Shown here piece by piece: positions 39,539 through 50,047 of a stretch of 64,000 nucleotides of DNA (position 1 is its first letter; the number at the start of each line of letters is the position of its first letter). The position numbers and the translations under genes were made by a program. This DNA is from Polyangiales bacterium (GTDB taxonomy: Bacteria; Myxococcota_A; Polyangia; Polyangiales; Polyangiaceae), in assembly GCA_038230375.1 (NCBI GenBank), contig JBBRNJ010000049.1, positions 1-64,000 on the forward strand, in the 5' to 3' direction. The notes under the pieces are model-generated. The model was not told the origin of the DNA. It saw nothing but the letters and a program-made list of their open reading frames with translations, and did not search any database.

Positions 39539-39951
39539 GCGACGGCTCCGAGCGATACCGCGCGTGCATAGGCATGCGCGATCACGTCGCGCGCGGCCTC
39601 GACCACGCGATGATCAGCGGCGGGAGAGCGGAGCGAGATCACCGAAGGACCCGGCGGCTGGGTGTCGAGCAAAAGCTTGCAGGATACACGCACTGCTTCG
39701 GGCGCGTCCTGGTCCACCCCGAGCCCGCGAAGGTGGTCCACGAAGGACCGCCCCCAGCCCTCCTTCTTCTCCAGCAGCAGCACCGTGTTCAAGGCCATGC
39801 CCGCGGCGCGGCGCGCAGATGCGAGACCAGCCTTGGCCTGCCGCTCCTTGTAGGCGCGTTCGGCGCGACGGGCCTCCTCGAGCGCCGCGGTCACCCACTC
39901 GGCGGGGCTCATCTTGCGGAGCCAGTCCCTGGGATCGTGCTCGAAGGGCAT
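39535..39951 (-). CDS. Hypothetical helical protein (possibly HEPN-like)
   Basis: Overlaps the start of the downstream TPR gene; helical pattern ARRAAGMALN...HL. Confidence 0.6.
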   Translation of the reverse strand: MPFEHDPRDWLRKMSPAEWVTAALEEARRAERAYKERQAKAGLASARRAAGMALNTVLLLEKKEGWGRSFVDHLRGLGVDQDAPEAVRVSCKLLLDTQPPGPSVISLRSPAADHRVVEAARDVIAHAYARAVSLGAVA

Positions 39952-39952
39952 G

Positions 39953-40018
39953 GTGTCTTTCAAGCGGCGTCTTTCAAGCGGCGTCTTTCAAGCGGCGTCT
40001 TTCAAGCGGTGTCTTTCA
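39953..40018. repeat. 14-bp tandem repeat (GTCTTTCAAGCGGC), about 4.6 copies
   Basis: Units at 39955, 39969, 39983 and 39997, plus a partial unit at 40011. Confidence 0.95.
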
Positions 40019-40022
40019 CGAG

Positions 40023-41576
40023 CTACTTCTGCTTGGAGCTGTGCTCGCGGCCGTCGTAGCGCAGGATGATCTGCTTCTGCTCGGCGACCGTGGTGACGTT
40101 GACGGGGCGCTTCCACACGCGAAAGAGGCTCTTCATGACCTCGCGCGCGTAGTCCGCCTTCAGGTCCATGCCCTGGTGATCGTGGCGAAGGAGCAGCTCA
40201 CCCTTGTTCTCGAAGTTGGCGTCCTCCACGTAGATGAACGGGTTGCCCGCGTTGGTGAGCTGGAAGAGCAGCTTCTCCTTGATGTTCTTGAACTCGCGCG
40301 ACTCGATCTCGTAGCGCTCGTTGCGGTTCGACCAGGAGAACGAGAAGAGCTTCTGATCGCGGCAGAAGTCAGCTGTGAGGAACTCGTCGATGAAGGTGAT
40401 GTCGTTGTAGAGTGCACGCACCTCGAAGATCTTCTTCCTGCCCAGACCCAGCCGGAGGTTCCAGTTCCGCTTGGTCTCCAGGTCGTCGCACTCTTCCCAT
40501 TCCTTGCCGAACTGACCCTTGTTCCAGCGCTCCTCGACGTGGCGATAGAGCTCCACGCCGAGCTTGTATGGGTTCAAGCGGCCGCCGCTGGTCGCGAGCA
40601 CGCCTGCTGCGTTGTCCGCGTAGTCGATGATCTCGGAGGCATCGAGGATCTTCTCGGTCATGAGCCTGGAGTGCCAGTACGTGGCCCATCCCTCGTTCAT
40701 GATCTTCGTCTGCATCTGCGGGATGAAGTAGACGGCCTCCTCGCGGATGACCTCGAGCACGTCACGCTCCCAGCGCTCGAGTGGCGCGTGGTCGAGCAAG
40801 AACTGGAGCACGTCGCGCTCGGAGTGCTCCGGGAACTTCTTCGCGCGCTCCTTCTCTGCTTCGATCTTCTTCTTCTGCTCTTCCAGGTACTCGACCGGGT
40901 TGATGAAGGACTCCATGTAGTCCTTGGACTTCAGGCGCGGGACCTCTGTCGCCGCCACCTCTGCATCCGGGTCCACCACCGCGCGCCGTCCGTGGAACGC
41001 GGCGTGCGGGTCCACCAGGTTCTCGAGCGACAGGCAGTGGTCGACGAACTCCTCGATACGGGTGATGCCGTGGCGCGCGACGTGGCGACGGATGCGCGAC
41101 CCGTGGTTCGCCATCTTGTCGATCCAGCGGCGGTTCGGATCGTAGTCCGGCCGGCGCTGCGCCGGGTTCACAGTGCGGCCGCCGGTGTCGAGATCGGTGG
41201 AGCGAAAGCAGAAGTTGTTCTTGAAAAAATCCACGTGCGCGTACACGTGCGCCATCACGAGCTTCTGGTCGACGAGCGAGTTGCCCTCGAGCAGGTACGC
41301 GTAAGAGGGATTGTTGTTGATGACCATCTCGTAGATCTTCGAGAGGCCGTACTCGTAGCTCTTCGCCAGACGCTCGTACTCCATGCCAAATCGCCAGTGG
41401 GGATAGCGGTTCGGAAAGCCTCCGTACGCCGCGATCTCGTTCATCTGATCGTAGGAGAGGATCTCGTACACGACCGGGAAGAAGTCGAGGCCTGCCTCTG
41501 CGGCGAGCTTCTCGATTCGATCCTGTTCTGCGCGTAGATACGGGGGGAGCGCGGTCTTGAGGGCGAACTCGCTCAT
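40023..41576 (-). CDS. spoVR: SpoVR/YcgB-family protein
   Basis: [51 protein letters not shown]. Confidence 0.95.
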   Translation of the reverse strand: MSEFALKTALPPYLRAEQDRIEKLAAEAGLDFFPVVYEILSYDQMNEIAAYGGFPNRYPHWRFGMEYERLAKSYEYGLSKIYEMVINNNPSYAYLLEGNSLVDQKLVMAHVYAHVDFFKNNFCFRSTDLDTGGRTVNPAQRRPDYDPNRRWIDKMANHGSRIRRHVARHGITRIEEFVDHCLSLENLVDPHAAFHGRRAVVDPDAEVAATEVPRLKSKDYMESFINPVEYLEEQKKKIEAEKERAKKFPEHSERDVLQFLLDHAPLERWERDVLEVIREEAVYFIPQMQTKIMNEGWATYWHSRLMTEKILDASEIIDYADNAAGVLATSGGRLNPYKLGVELYRHVEERWNKGQFGKEWEECDDLETKRNWNLRLGLGRKKIFEVRALYNDITFIDEFLTADFCRDQKLFSFSWSNRNERYEIESREFKNIKEKLLFQLTNAGNPFIYVEDANFENKGELLLRHDHQGMDLKADYAREVMKSLFRVWKRPVNVTTVAEQKQIILRYDGREHSSKQK

Positions 41577-41613
41577 GGCCAATCGAGCGTACCTGCTAAG
41601 ATGAATAGCGTCG

Positions 41614-42240
41614 ATGAAATCCACGACGCCATTCATGCGCGGCACGGCGCTCGCGCTCCTCGCCTCTGGCATCATGTGCGCGGCGTGCGCGACCGTCAGC
41701 GGTCTCGACGGCCTGAACGAGGTCGACGGTCTCGGTGATGCCAGCATCGACCAGTCCGCGCAGACCGGCGACGACGGTAGCAGCGGAGGCACCGACGGAG
41801 GCGTGAACGCCACGAACGACAGCGGCGGCTCGAATGGCGACGCTGGCAAGGTCATCAAGGACGGTGGCAAGGACACCGGCCCGCTCGCCCCCATTCCAAG
41901 CATCAACTGCGGCGCAGGCAAGTGCTCCGACGCGGGCCAGATCTGCTGCTGGAACCGCCTCATCAACAAGAACTCCACTTGTGACGACATCGACAGCGGC
42001 GCCGCCGCCGCGTGCACGCCGGTGATGAACAGGGATCCGCTCTACTGCGACGACAAGGCAGACTGCCCGCAAGCGAAGCCGTTCTGCTGCTTCGCCAACG
42101 GCACTGCGTCCTGCGAGACCGAGGCGAACTGCAACGCCGGCAACGGACGATTCCTGTGCTCCACGCTGGCGGACTGCCCGGACGCGTCGGTGAACTGCGT
42201 CTCGGCCCCCGGCGTCTTCAACCTGGTCATCTGCAAGTAG
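41614..42240 (+). CDS. Cys-rich lipoprotein
   Basis: CAAC lipobox; Asp/Gly linker; CC-containing repeats. Confidence 0.75.
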   Translation: MKSTTPFMRGTALALLASGIMCAACATVSGLDGLNEVDGLGDASIDQSAQTGDDGSSGGTDGGVNATNDSGGSNGDAGKVIKDGGKDTGPLAPIPSINCGAGKCSDAGQICCWNRLINKNSTCDDIDSGAAAACTPVMNRDPLYCDDKADCPQAKPFCCFANGTASCETEANCNAGNGRFLCSTLADCPDASVNCVSAPGVFNLVICK

Positions 42241-42264
42241 CCTGCAGGTAGCCTGCAGGTAAGG

Positions 42265-43377
42265 CTACTTGCCCTTGCCCAGGAACTCTTTGATGCTGCC
42301 GACGATCGCGTCCTTGTCGCGGATCTCGCTCGTGATGACGCGCTCGTCTTTGCCGAAGTGATCGCGCAGATCCTTGATGAACTGGCCTGAGCCGTAGGGG
42401 CTCTCGACCTGGCCGTACGCGAACATGTTCACGCGGGGCAAGATCTTCTGCTTCATGAGATCCACGCACGCGAGCGTGTCATCCATGGACCAGTTGTCGC
42501 CGTCGGAGAAATGGAACGGGTAGATGTTCCACTCGTCGGGCGGGTAGTGGTCGTCGATGAGCTGCGTGCAGAGCTTGTACGCGCTCGAGATCATGGTGCC
42601 GCCGGACTCCCGCGTGTGGAAGAACGTGTCGCGGTCGACCTCGCGCGCGACGGCGTCGTGGATGATGAAGCGGCTCTCGAGGCCTTTGTACTGCTTGGAC
42701 AGCCAGGCATCGATCCAGAAGGATTCGATGCGGACGATCTCCTTCTGCTCGTCGCCCATGGAGCCTGACACGTCCATCATGTAGATGATGACGGCGTTGG
42801 CCACGGGCTCGGCCTCGGTCTTCCAGGAGCGGTAGCGCTTGTCATCGGGGATGGGCACCACGATGGGGACGGCCGGATCGTAGGCGCCCATCGAGATCTG
42901 GCGCTTCAGTGCCTCCCGGTATGTGCGGCGGAAGTGACGGAGCGACTCCGGCCCCACACGACGGATGCCGGTGTAGCGGTCCTTCGCGCTGATGATCTTG
43001 CTCTTGCCCTTGTCCTCGATCTCGGGGAGCTCGAGCTCTTCACCAAGGATGGAGGCGAGCTCGTCGAGCGTGACGTCGACCTCGAGCGGGTGCTCGCCGG
43101 CGTCCTTGCCGGCCTGCTTCCCCTCGCCGCCTTCGCCCTCGCCGTCGCCGCCCATGGGATCGCCCGGGTCGCCGTTGCCCTGGCCGGTGCCACCCTGTTG
43201 CTTGTCGCCATAGCGGAAGCGAGGGATGTCGATCTGAGGGATGGGGATGGAGACCAGGTCCTTCCCCTTCCGGCCCATCATCTCGCCCTGGGAGATGTAG
43301 CGCCGGAGGTTCTCACGGATCTTCCCACGCACGATGGCGCGAAACCGCGAGTGATCCTGATCGATCTTGAGTGACAT
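42265..43377 (-). CDS. YeaH/YhbH (DUF444) vWA-like protein
   Basis: [44 protein letters not shown]. Confidence 0.95.
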   Translation of the reverse strand: MSLKIDQDHSRFRAIVRGKIRENLRRYISQGEMMGRKGKDLVSIPIPQIDIPRFRYGDKQQGGTGQGNGDPGDPMGGDGEGEGGEGKQAGKDAGEHPLEVDVTLDELASILGEELELPEIEDKGKSKIISAKDRYTGIRRVGPESLRHFRRTYREALKRQISMGAYDPAVPIVVPIPDDKRYRSWKTEAEPVANAVIIYMMDVSGSMGDEQKEIVRIESFWIDAWLSKQYKGLESRFIIHDAVAREVDRDTFFHTRESGGTMISSAYKLCTQLIDDHYPPDEWNIYPFHFSDGDNWSMDDTLACVDLMKQKILPRVNMFAYGQVESPYGSGQFIKDLRDHFGKDERVITSEIRDKDAIVGSIKEFLGKGK

Positions 43378-43456
43378 CGACCTTCAAAGAGTACACGACG
43401 CCGCACACGGCGGAGAGGATTTCACAGCGGGGACAGGAGGGGCTGAGGTTTGGGCG

Positions 43457-45238
43457 TCAGTCCTTCTTGTTCAACGCGACGGTGGCGAGCCAGCCGAGGA
43501 GGGCGACGTTTGCGACCGCGAAGACGCGGAGCGCGAACGGGCCGAACGCGAACGCTACATCACCGGACGCAGCGATCTGCGTGAGGAGCGCGCCGGTGCC
43601 AAGGGCAAGGCCGCCGACCGCGGGACGGAGCTTCTTCACGCCGAAGAACAGGACTGCCAGTGCGAGTGCAGGCAGCGCGCTTGCGCCGATGAGCCACTTG
43701 TGCGAGTCCGCGCCAAGGAGCACGAGGTCCCACTCGCCGAGCGGACGCGCGAGAGCCTCGAGGAACGGGCGTGCGGAGCCCATCTGCGCCATGCCGAGGA
43801 ACGGAAGGAACGGCGCAAGGCCGACGGAGCCGAGCAGCGCGAAGAAGCCCATGAGCGGCCCCTTGGACGCGACGCCGCCCTTCTTCTTGATGCGACGGAA
43901 CACGAGCGCACCGAACGCGAAGAGGGCCGCGATGCGCGCGAACAGGTGACCCCACCACACGTGCGACGTCGCGCGTTCGGCGTTGAGGATGCCCGCGCCG
44001 AACTGCTTCGGGTCGTCCTTCTTGTCGGCATTGTTGGTGAGCGCGGAGCGGACCGAGTCAGCGTCCGTGACGCCTTCCGAGACGATCATGGCGGCGACGC
44101 CGGCGACGTGCGGAGAGGCCATGCTGGTGCCGTTGAAGGCGCCGAAGACCTCGCACTTGTTCTTCCCGCCCTGGCAGATGGTCTGCTGTGTGACGTTCAC
44201 GCCGGGCGCCCCAATGACCACTTCCTTGCCGCGCGACGAGAACCACGCGAGCTTGTCGTTCTTGTCCGTGGCGCTGACGGCGATGACACCGGGGTACGCG
44301 GCCGGGTAGCCCACGCTACCGCCTGAGTTGCCGGCGGCTGCGACGACGATGACGCCCTTCGCGAGCGCGTGATCGACCGCGTCCTTCACGACCTTCGCGC
44401 CACGCGAGGCGCCGAGCGAGAGGTTGATGACCTGCGCGCCGTGATCCGCGGCGAAGCGAATGCCCTCACCGACGTCCGCCATGGTGCCGGAGCCGCGCGC
44501 CGAGAGCACCTTCACGGGCATGAGCTTCGCGCAGTACGCGAGACCGGCGACGCCCTGGCCGTTGTTCGTGGTCTGCGCGATGGTCCCGGCGACGTGCGTG
44601 CCGTGGCCCTGGTCGTCAGCGGCGAACGTGTTCTTCGCGACGTAGTTGTAGCCGTCCACGCAGCGCGTGCCGTTGAGGTCCGTGCCCTTCGTGAAGCCGT
44701 TGCCGTCGTAGCAAGCGATGCCGGTGTCCACGACCGCGACGGTGACGCCCTGACCGCAGGAGTAGTTCCACGCGCTCTCCGCGCCGACGCGCGTGAGGTG
44801 CCACTGCTCCTTGTACTTGGGGTCGTTCGGGACCCACGTGGCGTGGAACATGAAGTTGGGCTCCACGTTCTCGACGCGCGAGTCGTGGCTGAGTCGTTCG
44901 ATCAGGCTGGCCTCGTCCGCGAGCGGGACGTCCGCGATCTCGATGTGACCGTCGTCCTTGATGTCGGGGCTGTTGTCCGTGAGGACGATGCCGTACTCGC
45001 GACCGAGGTCGGCGATCTCCTCGTCGGACAGGTTGTCCTTCACGTCCACAACGAGCTCGCCCGGGATCTCCTGGTCGGAGAGCTCCGGTTCCGTGAAGGC
45101 CACGTCTCCTGACGCGAGCTCGACCCCGCCCAGCGACAGCTGATCGGGGAGGTCGGTCGCTCGGTCCTGCTGCGCGTACGCGAAGCTGGCGACGAGGCCG
45201 GTGAGGAGGAACGCTGAGCCGACGACGATCTTCTTCAT
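43457..45238 (-). CDS. S8 subtilisin-like peptidase with C-terminal multi-TM domain
   Basis: Signal peptide; VVDTG, HGTHVAG, AAGNSG, GTSMASPH; about five hydrophobic helices at the C-terminus. Confidence 0.92.
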   Translation of the reverse strand: MKKIVVGSAFLLTGLVASFAYAQQDRATDLPDQLSLGGVELASGDVAFTEPELSDQEIPGELVVDVKDNLSDEEIADLGREYGIVLTDNSPDIKDDGHIEIADVPLADEASLIERLSHDSRVENVEPNFMFHATWVPNDPKYKEQWHLTRVGAESAWNYSCGQGVTVAVVDTGIACYDGNGFTKGTDLNGTRCVDGYNYVAKNTFAADDQGHGTHVAGTIAQTTNNGQGVAGLAYCAKLMPVKVLSARGSGTMADVGEGIRFAADHGAQVINLSLGASRGAKVVKDAVDHALAKGVIVVAAAGNSGGSVGYPAAYPGVIAVSATDKNDKLAWFSSRGKEVVIGAPGVNVTQQTICQGGKNKCEVFGAFNGTSMASPHVAGVAAMIVSEGVTDADSVRSALTNNADKKDDPKQFGAGILNAERATSHVWWGHLFARIAALFAFGALVFRRIKKKGGVASKGPLMGFFALLGSVGLAPFLPFLGMAQMGSARPFLEALARPLGEWDLVLLGADSHKWLIGASALPALALAVLFFGVKKLRPAVGGLALGTGALLTQIAASGDVAFAFGPFALRVFAVANVALLGWLATVALNKKD

Positions 45239-45448
45239 GAGTTTCCTATTGGACGCGCGAGATGGCGAAAGAGTTCCACAGAAGGAGCGCGGGCGCGAGG
45301 CTCACGCCGCGGGGACGACCGGAAGGCACGAAGGCCCTCGCGAAACCGTAGGTATTGGCCCGCGCATCCGGAAGGGGTGGTGAATGGTGCGAGCCGCGCG
45401 TCCACGCTCGAGTAGCCGCCAGAAACCCTTTTCCGGTGATGTGGTTCG

Positions 45449-45470
45449 GGTCGGAAATTGATTTCCGACC
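45449..45470. promoter_or_regulatory. Perfect 10-2-10 inverted repeat in a divergent intergenic region
   Basis: GGTCGGAAAT-TG-ATTTCCGACC. Confidence 0.5.
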
Positions 45471-45567
45471 GGAGCGATCTTCGCGGCTGGTTTGTGGTGA
45501 ACGGCCATGATTTCGAGCATTGCCTGGCGCAGCGCGCAGGGCCCGCGGCTTGCACTGGCGCCGCGTC

Positions 45568-46716
45568 ATGATCGCTCCCCACTCCTTCTTTGGTGTCCTG
45601 GCGGCTCGCAACACGGCGGTTGTCCTGCTCGCGTCGGCACTTGGAATCGTCGCTTGCTCCTCGGAGGCCACGCCTGGCGGTTCGGACACGGCGGTAGATG
45701 GCGGCGCCAACGCGAATGGGAATGGGAATGGCGGAGGCGGAGGCGGTGGCGGTGGCGGTGGCGGAGGATCCGCCGATGGCGGTGGGCCCGCGACCTGCGC
45801 GGGTGGCTGTGGCTCCAATCAGGTTTGCTCGAGCGGCACTTGCATCGATCTGCCCAAGACCTGCCCCTGCCCGACGGAGTCGTACTGCGATCTGTCCACC
45901 AACTCTTGCAAGGTCGGCTGCACATCGAACGACGAGTGCAGCACGGGCCGCTTCTGCGACACGGGCGCGCGCACCTGCAAGGACGGCTGCCGCACCGCCT
46001 CCGACTGCGCGCAGCCGGCGAACGGCGCCGTGACCTGCGACAACGGCACGTGCAACGCGACGTGCAACAGCAAGTTCCACGCGTGCGGCAAGGCGTGCAA
46101 GTCCGACACGGACGCGACGGCCTGCGGCGCCTCCTGTACGGTGTGCCCCACGCGCGCCAACGCCGCCGCGACATGCGCCGGCGGCACCTGCCAGAGCACC
46201 TGCGGCAACGGCTTCCACGACTGCACCGGCACGTGCTCATCCAACACGGCGACCACAACCTGCGGCGCCTCGTGCTCGCCCTGCGCGACCACGGCGCACG
46301 GCCAGCCCACGTGCGAAGGCAGCGCGTGCGCGATCAAGTGCGACGCAGGCTACGTGCCCAGCGGCGCGACGTGCGTGCTCGCGTGCGAGACCAGCGGCTG
46401 CACCGGCTTCAACTACTGCGACTCCGCGAGCCACCTGTGCAAGGCTGGCTGCACGCACCACGCGCAGTGCGGCTCGTCGCAGTTCTGCCGGGCCGACACG
46501 CACACGTGCGAGAACGCAGCCGCAGGAACGCAGGGCGGCTGCCCGGCGGGCTTCAAGTCCATCGGCACCTGCAGCGACTTCCACGATCTCTGCGTGAACC
46601 AGTACATCCCGTCCAACACGACCTACCCGTTCAGCACGGCGTGCCCCGCGGGCGCAACGTCGCGCGGCGTGGTCTCCTGCAGCGGCCCGACCTACGTGTG
46701 CGTGGTGGACAACTGA
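45568..46716 (+). CDS. Cys-rich repeat lipoprotein (myxobacterial disulfide-rich type)
   Basis: IVAC lipobox; poly-Gly; CxxxxxC and CGASC repeats. Confidence 0.85.
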   Translation: MIAPHSFFGVLAARNTAVVLLASALGIVACSSEATPGGSDTAVDGGANANGNGNGGGGGGGGGGGGGSADGGGPATCAGGCGSNQVCSSGTCIDLPKTCPCPTESYCDLSTNSCKVGCTSNDECSTGRFCDTGARTCKDGCRTASDCAQPANGAVTCDNGTCNATCNSKFHACGKACKSDTDATACGASCTVCPTRANAAATCAGGTCQSTCGNGFHDCTGTCSSNTATTTCGASCSPCATTAHGQPTCEGSACAIKCDAGYVPSGATCVLACETSGCTGFNYCDSASHLCKAGCTHHAQCGSSQFCRADTHTCENAAAGTQGGCPAGFKSIGTCSDFHDLCVNQYIPSNTTYPFSTACPAGATSRGVVSCSGPTYVCVVDN

Positions 46717-46717
46717 C

Positions 46718-47803
46718 TCAGGTTCGAACCAGGCTCTTTGCGGGGATCAGTATGGACGCGGCGGCGCGCGCGGCGAGCTCGCTCGTGGTGGTGGGTGAGC
46801 CGCTGGTACCTGCGCTCTCCGCGGCAGCGCGCTGCGCTTCCGCCAGGCGTTGCTCGAGGAGCTGCGCGGCGCCCTCCGCGTCCCCCGGACGGAGCACGCT
46901 CTTCACGAAGACCTCGGCCGCTTTGTAGGACGAGCGCACGAGCGGGCCGCTGGCTGCGAAGCGGAAGCCCATCTTCTGGGCAAGGACGCGGTAGGTGTCG
47001 AACGTCTCCGGCGTGACGTAGCGTTCGACCGGGGCGTGCTTCGGGCTGGGACGCAGGTACTGGCCCAGCGTGACCAGGTCCACGCCGGCGGCGCGCAGAT
47101 CGCGCAGCGTCACCAGCACCTCGTCGTCCGTTTCGCCGATGCCGACCATGACGGAGGACTTGGTGATGATGCTCGGGTCGCGCTCCTTTGCGCGGCGCAA
47201 CACGGACAGCGACTGCTCGTAGCTGCAACGCACGTCGCGGATGGTGCGCTGCAGGCGCTCCACGACCTCGATGTTGTGGGCCCACACGTCCGGCTTCGCG
47301 TCGACAGTCACGTCCACGTAGTCCATGTGGCCGCCGAAATCGCCGAGGAGCGTCTCGATCAGGATGTCGGGCCGGAGCTCCTTCAGGCGGGTGACGGTGC
47401 GCGCCACATGAGACGCGCCGCCGTCGAGGAGGTCGTCCCGATCCACCATGGTCATGACCACGTACTGGAGGCCCATGCCCGCGATGGCGCGCGCGACATG
47501 CTCGGGCTCGCGCCCATCCACCGCGCCGCGCGGGTTGCCCGTGGTCACGGCGCAGAAGCGACACCCGCGGGTGCATGTGTCCCCCAGGAGCATCACGGTG
47601 GCGGTGCCCTCTCGCCAGCACTCGCCGACGTTGGGGCAGCGCGCCTCCTCGCAGACGGTGTGCAGGTCCAGCTTGCGGAACGTGTCCTTGAGAGTGGTGT
47701 ACGACTCACCGCCAGGCGCACGGACCTTGAGCCAGGACGGCTTGGGGGAAAAACGCAGTTCTGCCACGGCTCCTTCGCTACTCCCTGGCTTGAGGCCGGT
47801 CAA
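46718..47803 (-). CDS. lipA: Lipoyl synthase
   Basis: CEEARCPNVGEC, CTRGCRFC, GQYLRP, RSSY. Confidence 0.97.
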   Translation of the reverse strand: MTGLKPGSSEGAVAELRFSPKPSWLKVRAPGGESYTTLKDTFRKLDLHTVCEEARCPNVGECWREGTATVMLLGDTCTRGCRFCAVTTGNPRGAVDGREPEHVARAIAGMGLQYVVMTMVDRDDLLDGGASHVARTVTRLKELRPDILIETLLGDFGGHMDYVDVTVDAKPDVWAHNIEVVERLQRTIRDVRCSYEQSLSVLRRAKERDPSIITKSSVMVGIGETDDEVLVTLRDLRAAGVDLVTLGQYLRPSPKHAPVERYVTPETFDTYRVLAQKMGFRFAASGPLVRSSYKAAEVFVKSVLRPGDAEGAAQLLEQRLAEAQRAAAESAGTSGSPTTTSELAARAAASILIPAKSLVRT

Positions 47804-47827
47804 CCGATGGCTTTGAGCCCCTGCCCA

Positions 47828-48784
47828 CTACTTCACCGGCGACGTGGGCACGCATGTGGACACGCCCGCGCCGACGATCCGGAAGCCGATGCTGGACTTC
47901 ACGATCTTCGCGGTCTTGGCCACGGGATCGTACAGCGTGACGTCGGAGCCGAAGCTGTCCTTGGGAAGGCCGCTTGCCGGATCACCTGCAGTATACACGT
48001 AAAACACACCGGCGTAGAACGAGAACGCCCACGCCGTCCGTGCCGGGGTGTTCGCGAGCGTGGCGCTGCTGAGGATCGCGCCAGACGTCTTGTCGATCTC
48101 CGCGATGGTCGTGTTCGGCAGCGTGGTGAAGAAGCCGAACAACTTGCCGTCACCCGTGCCCGTGAGCTCGGAAGAGACGCCTGCGAGCGCGCCGGTGTAC
48201 GCGCCGACGGTGGTCAGCGCGAGCGAGCCCGTGTCGATCTTCGCGAGGCCCTTGCCAAAGTGATCGCTGACGAAGAGGGTCTCGGCGGAGCTGCTTGCGC
48301 CGTCGGTCGAGAAGCCCATGCCGAACTTCATGAAGTTGGCCTGGCCGCTCACGTACGACGTGGGCGTGCACGAGGCGTCCTTCACGGCGACCTTGTAGAT
48401 GCCGCCGTCGCTCAGGAGCACCCATGCGGTGCCTTGTCGATCGACGGCCATGGACGTGGGCGTCGCGCCGCCGGAGCCGCAGCTGAGGAGGCCGATGTTC
48501 TTGAAGGTCAACGTCTCCGGCGTGAAGCTGTAGAGCGAGTTCTCTTCCGACACCACGTAGATGGACTTTGTGTTTGCGTTGCACTCGCCCGTGCCACCCC
48601 CGCCGCCATCCCCGCCGGGGCCGAAGCCACCGCCGCCATCGTCGTTGCCGATCAATCCGCCGCCACCGTCGCCAGGGCCCACGTTGGTGCTCCCAGCATC
48701 GTGTTTGGCAGAGCATCCAGCAGCCGAGAAGCTCGTGAGGATCGAAGCAACTGCCACGGCCGAGGCCGCGAAGGAATTGCGCAT
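47828..48784 (-). CDS. Lipoprotein, probable beta-propeller
   Basis: AAGC lipobox; Gly/Asp linker; SMAVDRQG, ELTGTGDGKLFGF, IVGAGVSTC. Confidence 0.75.
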   Translation of the reverse strand: MRNSFAASAVAVASILTSFSAAGCSAKHDAGSTNVGPGDGGGGLIGNDDGGGGFGPGGDGGGGGTGECNANTKSIYVVSEENSLYSFTPETLTFKNIGLLSCGSGGATPTSMAVDRQGTAWVLLSDGGIYKVAVKDASCTPTSYVSGQANFMKFGMGFSTDGASSSAETLFVSDHFGKGLAKIDTGSLALTTVGAYTGALAGVSSELTGTGDGKLFGFFTTLPNTTIAEIDKTSGAILSSATLANTPARTAWAFSFYAGVFYVYTAGDPASGLPKDSFGSDVTLYDPVAKTAKIVKSSIGFRIVGAGVSTCVPTSPVK

Positions 48785-48793
48785 CTCCGTATT

Positions 48794-49963
48794 CTAGCGG
48801 ACTTTCGCTCCGTGCCCACTGCCAACGAACGCAGCCAGCGCTTGCCCGAAAGGTGCGCGGGCGGCGGTTCCTTGCGCTGCGGCGGCGCGCGCCTCGCCGT
48901 GCTCCGTGAAGATCGCCGTGACGAGCTCCGCCGGCGTGACGTCGAACGCAGGATTCCTGGCGTGAACGGTGTCGGGAACAGTCCGGGTACGGCTGTCCGA
49001 CAGGGTCACCTCCTCTTCACTGCGCTCCTCGATCACGATGCCGTCACCGTTCGGCGTGGCCAGGTCCACGGTGCTGGTGGGAGCGGCGACGTAGAACGGT
49101 ACGCCGTGCGCGCGGGCGATGCAGGCCAGGCCGTACGTGCCGATCTTGTTCGCGACGTCGCCGTTCGCGGCGATGCGGTCCGCGCCCACGATCACGCATG
49201 CGACCTTTTCTTTCTTCATGAAGTGCGCCGCCATGGAGTCGGTGATCACCTCCACGGGGATACCATCGCGCGATAGCTCCCACGCGGTGAGGCGCGCGCC
49301 CTGCAGCAGCGGCCGTGTCTCGTCCGCGAGGACGCGCACGCGCTTTCCTGCATCGCGCGCGGCGCGGATCACGCCGAGGGCGGTGCCGTAGCCACCGGTC
49401 GCGAGCGCGCCCGCGTTGCAGTGCGTGAGGACCAGCGCGTCGTCAGGGACGTGCACGGCTCCCAGCGCGCCGATCGCCTTGCACGCGCGCACGTCCTCGG
49501 TGTGGATGTCGCGTGCGGCCGTGGCCACCAGCATCATGCGCGAGGGATGGTCGCGATCCGCGACGGTGCTCCACGTCGCACGCATGCGCGTGAGCGCCCA
49601 TGACAGGTTCACTGCGGTGGGACGGGTTTTGGCGAGCAACGCAGTGACGCGCTCCATCTCTGCAAGGAACGCCGCGCCATCACCGCGCGTGCACGCCGCG
49701 GCGAGCGCGATGCCGTAGGCCGCTGAGATGCCGATGGCCGGCGCGCCACGGACACGCATCTCGCAGATGGCCGTGGCGACGTCGTCCGGGCGCGTGAGCA
49801 CGTCGTACTTCTCCTGCACGGGAAGGCGACGCTGATCGAGCATGAGCACGTTCGAGTTGAGGAGCAGCTCCACGGCGCTGTACGAGGCGCCGGAGATGGG
49901 TTCTGGGTGCTGGTGAGCACGTCCGCTCGCGAGCGTGTCGACGTTCCGGTCGCTGTGGCTCAC
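48794..49963 (-). CDS. mtnA: S-methyl-5-thioribose-1-phosphate isomerase
   Basis: [60 protein letters not shown]; start approximate. Confidence 0.95.
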   Translation of the reverse strand: MSHSDRNVDTLASGRAHQHPEPISGASYSAVELLLNSNVLMLDQRRLPVQEKYDVLTRPDDVATAICEMRVRGAPAIGISAAYGIALAAACTRGDGAAFLAEMERVTALLAKTRPTAVNLSWALTRMRATWSTVADRDHPSRMMLVATAARDIHTEDVRACKAIGALGAVHVPDDALVLTHCNAGALATGGYGTALGVIRAARDAGKRVRVLADETRPLLQGARLTAWELSRDGIPVEVITDSMAAHFMKKEKVACVIVGADRIAANGDVANKIGTYGLACIARAHGVPFYVAAPTSTVDLATPNGDGIVIEERSEEEVTLSDSRTRTVPDTVHARNPAFDVTPAELVTAIFTEHGEARAAAAQGTAARAPFGQALAAFVGSGHGAKVR

Positions 49964-50047
49964 GACGGTGTGCTCCTGAGCAACAGCGCTTCGAATGGGG
50001 TCGCCATGACTCTCCTTCTTTACACGAAACGCCCTATGATGGGGCCC

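Noticed and set aside
40023..42017. ORF-track N-terminal extensions of spoVR, mtnA, tatD, hbd, holB and the Ser/Thr kinase
   Set aside because: Extensions overlap neighbouring genes; family homology starts at the downstream starts used here
42237..42262. Short 11-bp duplication GTAGCCTGCAG between convergent genes; also in-frame micro-repeats near 21962, 52732 and 55026
   Set aside because: Two to three copies only; ordinary slippage with no evident function
43408..43422. GAGAGGATTT resembling the tRNA-Pro att core
   Set aside because: Only about 10 bp match, with no flanking structured element; compatible with chance
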